Assembly (NCBI GenBank): GCA_015660855.1
Contig: JACSDG010000027.1
Span: 5,305-69,304 of the forward strand
DNA: 64,000 nucleotides
Source: Magnetococcales bacterium
GTDB lineage: Bacteria > Pseudomonadota > Magnetococcia > Magnetococcales > UBA8363
Direction: 5' to 3'
Part shown: in pieces, positions 56,253 through 64,000 of the stretch
How the letters are laid out: the number at the start of each line of letters is the position of its first letter
How positions within the stretch are numbered: position 1 is the first letter of the stretch
Made by a program: the position numbers and the translations under genes
The notes under the pieces: model-generated
The model's database searches: none
Seen by the model: only the letters and a program-made list of their open reading frames with translations
What the model was told of the DNA's origin: nothing

Positions 56253-57260
56253 ATGACCCTCGAAGAAGCACTCACGCGTTACATTGATGAGATCTCCAGA
56301 AAAAAATCATCGCAAGGGTTTGACCGGGATGTGCGCTTGTCACGCATTGTGTTGGATCGTCTGGACCGCGCACAGCCACTTGAGGATGTCAGCCCCCTGG
56401 TGCTTGGCCGCTATCGTGATCAACGCTTGAAGGAGGCGAGTGTATCTACCGTTGCCAAGGATCTGGACCTGCTGAAGGATTTGTTTCGGGTTGCCATGGT
56501 GCTTTGGAAAATCCCCATGGATGGCAATCCCGCCAATACTCTGGTGGAGCACGTTTCCAACATGGGACGATCCGGAGGTCTGGCTCCCGGGGAGAGGTTA
56601 CGCATGGTTGCCGCTTGTGATCACTATAAAAATCCCATCCTTGGATTGGTCGTACGCATTGTGCTGGAAACCGGACTGCGTAAGAATGAAATTTTGGGCC
56701 TCCGATGTGGGGACATCGATTTATCGCAGCGAATATGTCACGTTCCCAAAATTCATCTGAGTGCCCCCCGGCAGGTTCCTTTGACTAAAACGGCAGTGAA
56801 ACTGTTCCAGCGTGCTCTGGAACTGGAGGACCGGCCTGCGGATACCGAATGGTTGTTCTATGGAGACCCCAGCCGCTTTGGTGATCGCAAACCCTACGCC
56901 CTGGATCGCGTATTCAAAAAGGTGCTGTCCAAGGCGAGGTTGAAGCGTATAGCTTTTGACGATTTGCGTACCGAGGCCATGGTAACCATGGGTGAAGTAG
57001 GCTTGAGTGCAGGGGAAGTGGTCGCCATTACCGGCTCACGTCAGGTTCGCATATCCCGACGTGCCCCTGAGTATAGGGTAGAAAAATTGCTGGAAAGGCT
57101 GGATGCCGTTTGGCCCGATACCAACCTTCCCCCCCTGGTTGCCAGAGTGGAGGAGGAACCTCTTCCCGACGAGGTAGAAACAGAACCTGACGAAAAACCA
57201 ACCCCAAGGCGCAACTCCAGGCGCACAGGGGGTACCTTTGGCCAGCCCAGACGGTTTTGA
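56253..57260 (+). CDS. Tyrosine-recombinase (phage integrase) family protein with a degenerate catalytic set
   Basis: SAM-like N-domain (VSTVAKDLDLLKDLFRVA). Box I ETGLRKNEILGLRCGDIDL. Box II region reads AFDDLRTEAM instead of H-x-L-R-H, and AITGSRQV replaces the G-H. ATG 56253 is preferred over the TTG at 56136. Confidence 0.65.
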   Translation: MTLEEALTRYIDEISRKKSSQGFDRDVRLSRIVLDRLDRAQPLEDVSPLVLGRYRDQRLKEASVSTVAKDLDLLKDLFRVAMVLWKIPMDGNPANTLVEHVSNMGRSGGLAPGERLRMVAACDHYKNPILGLVVRIVLETGLRKNEILGLRCGDIDLSQRICHVPKIHLSAPRQVPLTKTAVKLFQRALELEDRPADTEWLFYGDPSRFGDRKPYALDRVFKKVLSKARLKRIAFDDLRTEAMVTMGEVGLSAGEVVAITGSRQVRISRRAPEYRVEKLLERLDAVWPDTNLPPLVARVEEEPLPDEVETEPDEKPTPRRNSRRTGGTFGQPRRF

Positions 57261-57296
57261 TTTTGATTCATTCTCAAAAATTATGGAGCCTTTTTC

Positions 57297-58577
57297 ATGT
57301 ACCTGGAAACGATTACTTTTAAATATTTAGTTGATTTCAAGTGCACAGGATCTGAATGTTCTGATATTTGTTGCAAGGGATGGTCGGTTCGTTTAATCCA
57401 GGAAGATTATCAAAAAATGGCCGATGAAATGTCGGGTTCTCCGAACATGCAGGAGGAACTGCTGAACAAAATCCATGTTTCTCAAACAGAAGACGGTCAG
57501 AAACGATATAGACTTAAAATAGGGGAGAACGGTCATTGTCTATTTCTCGGAGAGGATCGGCTCTGTTCGTTGCAGACCCGGTTTGGCGAAAAAAACCAAC
57601 CCCATATTTGCGTTGGTTTTCCTCGCATTGTCTCAATCATCGGCCAAAGGATGGAGATTTCCTCTACCTTGGCGTGTCCGGAAACGGCGCGTCGGTGTCT
57701 GCTCGACCCCGAGGCTATGACAATCGTGGATTTTCCGGTTGGAATGTTATCCGATTTCGTTAAACCAAATTTTATTGTTAACGCAAGAAATCCTCCACCC
57801 TATATTGGTCACTTTGATCTGATACGTGCAGAAATGTTTCTATTATGTGGCCTTAAAGGATTTACTGCGGCAACAAGGATTTTTTTCATCTGCTATTTTG
57901 TTAACCGCGTCGGGGCTTTTTTAAATCTTTCCACGACAGATCATGTTGCAGAACGGTTGGATAAAGAGATTAAATTTATTAACGATCCGGACGTGCGACA
58001 GGAGTTGCATTCGCAATTTTTAAAGATCAATCTGTCGGAGAAAAAGTGCATGAGTCTCATCGAGCAACTCATGAACGCCACATTTTCTTGTTTGGTTAAT
58101 TCTGAATTTGAGGCTTTGTTCGTTCAAGCTTTTCTTGGTCTTGGGGCCGTGATGACCAATGGACGCGTTGTTGCGGGACTTGATGAAATGATTGCAAATT
58201 ACCATCAGATAAAGCAAAAATGGAGTTCAGAATTCAATCATGAGATCGATCAGTATATCATCCACTACATCATGAACTCCATACTCAGTTTACCCTATCT
58301 GGAAAGTCAAAATTTGCTTTTGTATGTTCGCAATATTCTTATTGCTACCGATGTATTTAAATTATTATTGTTTGGTCTTTTGGGTAAAAATAAAGAGATT
58401 GATAATAAAACACATGATTTCCGAAAGGCTTATTTGGAAGATACGGTTGTCAAGGTTGTTCAAAGGTTTTCAAAATCAATCAATCATAACCAAAAAATAT
58501 TGGCTATCCTTCAGCAAGAGCTGGATCGGCAAAAGGTCGATACGCTTCCGCAAATGATATTTTTAATTCAATTCTAG
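57297..58577 (+). CDS. FliB-like (flagellin lysine-N-methylase family) Cys-rich protein
   Basis: FKCTGSECSDICCKGWSV, GHCLFLGEDRLCSLQ, CVGFPR and LACPETARRCLLDPEAM parallel the conserved Cys clusters of FliB/YkgJ-type proteins. The gene is visibly AT-rich. RBS GGAG upstream. Confidence 0.6.
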   Translation: MYLETITFKYLVDFKCTGSECSDICCKGWSVRLIQEDYQKMADEMSGSPNMQEELLNKIHVSQTEDGQKRYRLKIGENGHCLFLGEDRLCSLQTRFGEKNQPHICVGFPRIVSIIGQRMEISSTLACPETARRCLLDPEAMTIVDFPVGMLSDFVKPNFIVNARNPPPYIGHFDLIRAEMFLLCGLKGFTAATRIFFICYFVNRVGAFLNLSTTDHVAERLDKEIKFINDPDVRQELHSQFLKINLSEKKCMSLIEQLMNATFSCLVNSEFEALFVQAFLGLGAVMTNGRVVAGLDEMIANYHQIKQKWSSEFNHEIDQYIIHYIMNSILSLPYLESQNLLLYVRNILIATDVFKLLLFGLLGKNKEIDNKTHDFRKAYLEDTVVKVVQRFSKSINHNQKILAILQQELDRQKVDTLPQMIFLIQF

Positions 58578-58604
58578 AAATCTGGCGTAACACAGGAGGG
58601 GGTT

Positions 58605-61600
58605 GTGGATTCAGACTATCGTATTCTGAACGCCATCTACGAAAGTTCCAATTCGTTGATCTACCGGGCACAACGGATTGCGGATGATGCTTCAGTCATT
58701 CTCAAGGTGATCAATCGACAGTACCCGGAACCCAAAGACCTGGCCCGCTTTCGTCAGGAATACGAAATGACCCTAGGTTTGGAAAAAGAGGGGGTCGTCA
58801 AGGTTTTTGCCCTGGAGCCGTACCAGAATGGCCTGGCCATCGTGATGGAGGATTTCTCCGCCCAATCCCTGGATCACCACCTTGAAGCGGGGGCGATGAC
58901 GATGGAGCGTTTTTTTGAGTTGTCTATACCCATCGCCCAGATTCTCGGGAAGATTCATAACAGACATTGCATCCACAAGGACATCAACCCTTCCAACATT
59001 CTGTGGAATCCGCAAACCAACCAAATCAAACTGATCGATTTTGGTATCGCCACCTCCCTGGAATGGGAAACGCCAAGGTTGGTATCTCCCGAACAAATGG
59101 AAGGCACTTTGGCCTATATTTCTCCGGAACAAACGGGACGCATGAACCGCGACGTGGATTATCGCACCGATCTTTATTCCCTTGGAGCCACTTTTTTTCA
59201 TTTATTGACAGGACGCCTGCCCTTTGAATCCCGGGAACCCATGCAATTGGTGCACAGCCACATCGCCCGTCCGTTGCCGGTGTTGCACGAAACGACTCCC
59301 GGGATTGACCCCACGTTGTCCTGCATCGTCGCCAAGCTCATGGCCAAAGACCCAGAAGATCGTTACCAATCGGCTTTGGGATTGGAAACCGACCTTAAGG
59401 AATGCCGGCACCAATGGTTGACCCAAGGGAGTGTGGAGCCTTTTGCCTTGGGGCGTCTGGATGAATTGAGTCGTTTTCGGGTTGCGAAAAAATTGTATGG
59501 CCGGGAAAAGGAAATCGAGCAACTTTTACAAGGTTTCGCTCGCGCCAGTCACGGTGCGGCAGAACTGTTGCTGGTGGCTGGTTTTTCAGGAATAGGAAAA
59601 ACCAGCCTCGTTGGGGAAATCCATAAGCCGGTCGTCCAGAGCCATGGTCTTTTTTTGACGGGCAAATTTGACCAGTTCAACCGTAATACCCCTTACGCTG
59701 CCTTGGCCCAGGCGTGCCAGCATCTCATGATGCAGGTTTTGATGGCCAGCGAAACGGAAATCCATTCCTGGAGGGAGAAAATACTCAAGGCGGTGGGTGA
59801 TAACGGCGAGGTGCTTATCCGGATTGTTCCTGAATTGCAAATTTTGCTCGGACCACAACCCACCGTGCTTGCATTGGACCCCACCAGTGCTGAAAATCGG
59901 TTTCACCGTCTCTTCAGTCTGTTTTTGTCGGTGTTCACTTCTCAGACCGGCGGTCCCCTGGTCTTGTTCCTGGACGACCTGCAATGGGCCGACCCTCCCT
60001 CCCTCAGACTGCTCAATTATGTCCTCTCCGGAGGCCATGTCAACCATCTGTTGGTGATCGGTGCCTATCGGGATAACGAGGTGGGGCCAACCCATCCCCT
60101 GATGACCCTGCTGGAGGAATTGACCAAGTCGGATTGCCCCATCCAACGCCTGACCCTGACCCCGCTGACCCAGGAACAGGTCGCCCGACTGGTGGGCGAT
60201 ACGGTGCAGAATTCGGGTGCGGATGGGGCATCTTTAGCACGCCTTTGCCATGAAAAAACCGGTGGCAACCCGTTTTTCCTGAAACAATTTCTCATTACCT
60301 TGCATGAGACTGGCTTTATCAGGTTTTTGCATGGCCAATGGCACTACGACCTCCAGGCCATCCATCGCCAGGGGATTACCGACAATGTGGTTCAACTCAT
60401 GGAGCAGCGGATTCACCGCCTGCCCGAACCGACGCAACGGGTATTGCAACGCGCGGCCTGCATCGGTGCCGATTTTGATCTGCATACGTTGGCGACGGTT
60501 CTGGAAGCATCCCCCAGGGAAGTTTTTTCAGCACTGGCACCGGCTTTGGAAATCCAATTGATCATTGCCCTGGATCGGGATTACCAACTGGCTAAATATC
60601 TGGATGAAAGTCATTTTGTCTTTCGTTTCATCCATGACCGGGTGCAACAGGCCGCCTATCATCTGATCGACGCCCCTTCCAGGGAAAAGGTTCACTTGAC
60701 CGTAGGCCGTCTTTTGTTGGCCGAAAAGGGGAATGAACCGTTATCTGGAAACCTTCTACGCATTACCGATCATCTCAATCTGGCATCGAGGATCATCGTT
60801 GTCCCCGGGGAACGCCTTCAATTGGCCAAACTCAATCTTCAGGCGGGTCGCCAGGCCAAAGCCTCGGCGGCGTTTGCCCCCGCGTTCGCTTATTTCACGA
60901 TGGGGTTGACCCTGTTGGAAGATCAAGTCTGGAATGATCATTATGGATTGATGTCCAACCTGTATCAGGAAGCGGTGGAAGGGGCTTTGTTGATTGCCGA
61001 TATGGATGAAATGGAGCGATTGGCCGGAATCGCCTTGGAACACATGATCGATGTCCTTGATCGTGCTAAACTTCTAAAAGCCAAAGCAATTGCATATCAA
61101 GGGGTGAACCGGTTGACGGAAAGCCTCGCCTATGGCCTTGAAGCCCTGGCGGGTTTGGGTTTCCATTTTTCTGATAATCCAGGGGTCGATGAAGTTAGAA
61201 AAAGTGTTTTTGGGGGATTGGCGCGGATAGAGGGCAAATCGATTGCCGAACTTGTTGCAATACCGGAAACTACCGATCCCAAGTATTTGGTTGTCATGGA
61301 TCTTATGGTTATCACCGGAGTGACTGCTTTCTTCATCAAACAAAATCTGGCCCCCATTATTCATATAAAAGGTTTTGAATTAATTTTTGATCATGGAGCT
61401 GCACCCAGTGCTTCGGTACTCTTTGCCGGATGCGGAGTATTCCTGGCAGGCGAAGGTTATTATGAGGAAGCCTACAAACTGGGCCAGATAGCCTTGCGTT
61501 TGGTGGAACGGCCCAACGCGCGCCAACATTTGGCGCGTACACTGCAATATTCGTCCGGATTCACCATTTTCTGGAAAGAGCACGTCCATTTGGCGGTACA

Positions 61601-63743
61601 TAATATTAATAGAGTTTTTGATATTGCCGTTGAAAACGGTCAATTGGATGTCGCAGGTCTGGGTGGTGGGGGACGTACTTGGCATGGTTTTTTGGTTGGG
61701 TTCCCGTTGGAAGAGGCGGAAAGGAAAGCGGGTCACTATAACGACGCCCTCAGGAAAATAAAACAGTTTTATGTCCTTGATCAGGCCAGATCGACGCAGC
61801 AGGCCATGCAAAATTTGCTGGGTCAAAGCGATGAACCCCATGTTTTGGCGGGAAGGGTATGTGATGGTAGCCAAGTCCTTGATTCTGCCATCCAACTGAA
61901 CAACAGGCAAAATGCGTTTGCCATTGCCCTCAACCAACTCATTCTGGCTTATCTGTTTGGAAAATATGAAGAGGCGTTGGTGCACGCACTTCAGGCCGAT
62001 ATCTACATGGATGGCTCACCAGGATCTTATTCGGTGACGGTATTCACTTTGTATGATGCCTTGACCCGTTTGGCCCTTGTTTCTATTTCCCCTCCCGAGG
62101 TGTGCGAGAAATTGTTTGCCAGGGTTGCGTTCCATCAGCAACGGATGGCGCGCTGGGCCGATATGGCCCCCATGAATTTTGCCCACAAATACCATCTGAT
62201 CGAGGCGGAAAAACTTCGGGTCATGGATCGGGGGGATGTCGCGCGCGACCATTATGATCGGGCAATCCTGCTGGCCCATGAACATGGTTTTCTCAACGAG
62301 GAAGCCTTGGCATTGGAACTGGCGGGTTGTTTTTATCAAGGACGAAAATGGACTTCCCTGGCCCGCCATTATATGCGCGAAGCCCGTCACGCCTATGCCT
62401 GTTGGGGTGCTCTGGCCAAGGTTCGGGATTTGGAAGCCCGGTTTCCTGAATATCTGGCCGACCATGGCGTGACCGTGACGCCTCGGGCCACAATCACCCT
62501 CAGCACCAAAACGACAACTGCGTCACTCCTTGATCTCCCCGATGTCATGATGGCGGCCAAGGTATTGTTCAGTGAAACCAGTCTGGATGTGTTGCTGGAA
62601 AAATTGATGCGTCTGGCTATTGGCAACGCCGGTGCCCAGAAGGGAATCCTGGTTTTGTTGGAAGAGGGAGTGCCGGTGGTGAAGGTGGAAGCGGTGACGG
62701 AAAGGGTACGTCTGTTACCCTCGCTGTCGCTGGAAGCCCAGGGTGGAGAGGCTGGCATCGTTGCGGAAGAAATTGTGCGCTATCTTCTTCGGACCAAGGA
62801 AAATGTGGTTCTCGACAATGCCTGCGTGGAGGGAATTTTTGCTGCGGTTCCCTATGTAGCCTCCAGAAAAATACGTTCGGTCCTTGGCGTTCCCCTGGTG
62901 CATCATGACCAGGCCATTGGAGCCATTTATCTGGAAAACAATTTGACCACAGCCGCCTTTACCCATCAGCGGGTGGCGATGTTGCATCTCATCGGCACCC
63001 TGGCGGCACTCTCCATCACCAATGCCCAATATGTGGCCCGGCAAAAGAAGACTCAGGATTCTCTTGCCGTCTCCTACCAGCGTATTCGTGAACTGGCGGC
63101 GCATCAGGAGGAGGTCAGAGAGGCGGAAAAAAGGCGTATTGCCGGTGAAATCCACGATGAATTGGGGAGTGCCCTGACGCGTTTGAGTATGGACCTTCAC
63201 TGGCTGCAGCGTCACCCCCCGAAAGACAAGAAAAAGATGGGTACACATTTCGATGGATTAATGGGATTGACCGCCGACATTCATGAAACCGTGCGGCGCA
63301 TTTCCCACACCCTGCGTCCCCCGGTTTTGGACCAGTTTGGGCTGTTGCCGGCGTTGCAATGGCTGGCGGAACAGATGCAACGTCACGGGAATCTCAAGGT
63401 TGAAGTCACGACAGATTCGCAGGAGGTGATTTTGGATGATCAACGCAAAACCACCATGTTTCGCATCGGTCAGGAGGCTCTCACCAACGTGGTTCGTCAT
63501 GCCCATGCCCAACGGGCGGTGATCTCCCTTGAATTGGAAGAGGATGCCGTGGTCATGGTCATTCGCGATGATGGCATCGGCATCTCGCTCGATTTGATTC
63601 AGAAGGGTGGTTTTGGTTTGAGTGGCATGAAAGAACGGGCGTTGCGCTTTGGGGGGAATGTTGAAATTGAAACCGGTTCCCAGGGGGGGACTCGTGTGAC
63701 AGTGTTGCTGCCACGACTGGAATCGGACCATGTCGAAAAGTGA
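58605..63743 (+). CDS. Multidomain sensor: Ser/Thr protein kinase - AAA(STAND-like) ATPase - helical/TPR-like region - GAF - HisKA_3/HATPase_c histidine kinase
   Basis: 1712-aa ORF with a GTG start after the RBS AGGAGGGGG. Kinase motifs VILKV, HKDINPSNIL, IDFGIAT, GTLAYISPEQ. P-loop VAGFSGIGKTSL with Walker B LVLFLDDLQWAD. GAF-like region ~aa 1180-1330. H-box IAGEIHDELGSALT. N/G boxes EALTNVVRHA, IRDDGIGI, GFGLSGMKERA. Confidence 0.85.
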   Translation: MDSDYRILNAIYESSNSLIYRAQRIADDASVILKVINRQYPEPKDLARFRQEYEMTLGLEKEGVVKVFALEPYQNGLAIVMEDFSAQSLDHHLEAGAMTMERFFELSIPIAQILGKIHNRHCIHKDINPSNILWNPQTNQIKLIDFGIATSLEWETPRLVSPEQMEGTLAYISPEQTGRMNRDVDYRTDLYSLGATFFHLLTGRLPFESREPMQLVHSHIARPLPVLHETTPGIDPTLSCIVAKLMAKDPEDRYQSALGLETDLKECRHQWLTQGSVEPFALGRLDELSRFRVAKKLYGREKEIEQLLQGFARASHGAAELLLVAGFSGIGKTSLVGEIHKPVVQSHGLFLTGKFDQFNRNTPYAALAQACQHLMMQVLMASETEIHSWREKILKAVGDNGEVLIRIVPELQILLGPQPTVLALDPTSAENRFHRLFSLFLSVFTSQTGGPLVLFLDDLQWADPPSLRLLNYVLSGGHVNHLLVIGAYRDNEVGPTHPLMTLLEELTKSDCPIQRLTLTPLTQEQVARLVGDTVQNSGADGASLARLCHEKTGGNPFFLKQFLITLHETGFIRFLHGQWHYDLQAIHRQGITDNVVQLMEQRIHRLPEPTQRVLQRAACIGADFDLHTLATVLEASPREVFSALAPALEIQLIIALDRDYQLAKYLDESHFVFRFIHDRVQQAAYHLIDAPSREKVHLTVGRLLLAEKGNEPLSGNLLRITDHLNLASRIIVVPGERLQLAKLNLQAGRQAKASAAFAPAFAYFTMGLTLLEDQVWNDHYGLMSNLYQEAVEGALLIADMDEMERLAGIALEHMIDVLDRAKLLKAKAIAYQGVNRLTESLAYGLEALAGLGFHFSDNPGVDEVRKSVFGGLARIEGKSIAELVAIPETTDPKYLVVMDLMVITGVTAFFIKQNLAPIIHIKGFELIFDHGAAPSASVLFAGCGVFLAGEGYYEEAYKLGQIALRLVERPNARQHLARTLQYSSGFTIFWKEHVHLAVHNINRVFDIAVENGQLDVAGLGGGGRTWHGFLVGFPLEEAERKAGHYNDALRKIKQFYVLDQARSTQQAMQNLLGQSDEPHVLAGRVCDGSQVLDSAIQLNNRQNAFAIALNQLILAYLFGKYEEALVHALQADIYMDGSPGSYSVTVFTLYDALTRLALVSISPPEVCEKLFARVAFHQQRMARWADMAPMNFAHKYHLIEAEKLRVMDRGDVARDHYDRAILLAHEHGFLNEEALALELAGCFYQGRKWTSLARHYMREARHAYACWGALAKVRDLEARFPEYLADHGVTVTPRATITLSTKTTTASLLDLPDVMMAAKVLFSETSLDVLLEKLMRLAIGNAGAQKGILVLLEEGVPVVKVEAVTERVRLLPSLSLEAQGGEAGIVAEEIVRYLLRTKENVVLDNACVEGIFAAVPYVASRKIRSVLGVPLVHHDQAIGAIYLENNLTTAAFTHQRVAMLHLIGTLAALSITNAQYVARQKKTQDSLAVSYQRIRELAAHQEEVREAEKRRIAGEIHDELGSALTRLSMDLHWLQRHPPKDKKKMGTHFDGLMGLTADIHETVRRISHTLRPPVLDQFGLLPALQWLAEQMQRHGNLKVEVTTDSQEVILDDQRKTTMFRIGQEALTNVVRHAHAQRAVISLELEEDAVVMVIRDDGIGISLDLIQKGGFGLSGMKERALRFGGNVEIETGSQGGTRVTVLLPRLESDHVEK

Positions 63744-63761
63744 AAACCATCACCCTGTCCG

Positions 63762-63983
63762 AACAAGATGCCCTGCGGGCAAAAATCAAAGTCAAAAACA
63801 GTGAAGGAAGTTTTTTGTCCAAAGGATCAAAAAAAGAACCTTGGAGGCTCCGCCTCCAAACCGCAGCAAGCGTATAAACGGGGTCGGTAGGAGCTTAAGT
63901 TAATGACATTGGATGATCCCCCCTTAACCCCCGCAATAATTTCAACCTTAAAAAAAAGGGGAGGGACTGAATGGTTACCCTTG
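63762..63983. repeat. Intergenic repeat, reverse orientation with insertions (modules D'-F'-C'-B'-A'(inner)-E)
   Basis: GAACAAGATGCCCTGCGGGCAAAAATCAAAGTC..., AACCTTGGAGGCTCCGCCTCCAAACCGCAGC..., GGATGATCCCCCCTTAACCCCCGCAATAATTTCAACC..., AAAAAAAAGGGGAGGGACTGAATGGTTAC. It starts 19 nt after the sensor-kinase stop. Confidence 0.85.
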
Positions 63984-64000
63984 GGGGCGAGTGAATTGCG

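Noticed and set aside
63984-64000. Possible 3' end of a minus-strand tRNA after module E, by analogy with 39791-39904
   Set aside because: The reverse complement (CGCAATTCACTCGCCCCCAAGGG) lacks a convincing T-loop or acceptor pattern, and the window ends too soon to judge.

Overview
The window is about 64 kb of a moderately GC-rich, Proteobacteria-like chromosome. All calls come from reading the supplied six-frame translations and the DNA by eye; no searches were run, so family names rest on motif recognition. Housekeeping blocks: rne<>rluC divergent pair, HAD hydrolase, leuC-(GST)-leuD-leuB-asd-fimV-like, nifU-like/ampD/mpl/yqgE-like, gatCAB-asmA-like, tRNA-Leu(CAA), an LplT-PlsC-Aas fusion, and an ABC/GldG-like/DUF4340-like exporter. 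Accessory patches lie between them: (1) a five-gene type I R-M operon (hsdM-hsdS-YhcG-like nuclease-hsdR-DUF45 peptidase); (2) an Rpn-like nuclease next to an IS3 scar; (3) a kinase/glycosyltransferase/SIS envelope cluster; (4) an octaheme cytochrome coupled to an exported ankyrin protein; (5) a lipase / HTH remnant / secreted cysteine-peptidase patch; (6) an uncharacterised two-gene cassette (161-aa protein translationally coupled to a 489-aa protein ending in an ImmA/IrrE-type metallopeptidase); (7) an orphan prepilin gene, a catalytically degenerate tyrosine recombinase, an AT-rich FliB-like gene and a 1712-aa Ser/Thr-kinase-AAA-GAF-histidine-kinase protein. Most notable observations: a modular, hairpin-rich intergenic repeat family at 12 or more loci, including a ~380-bp head-to-head composite beside the tRNA. 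Two normally essential genes (rne, gatB) are each broken by a short out-of-frame internal deletion. The ImmA/IrrE cassette is my best candidate for an undescribed toxin/defence-type module.
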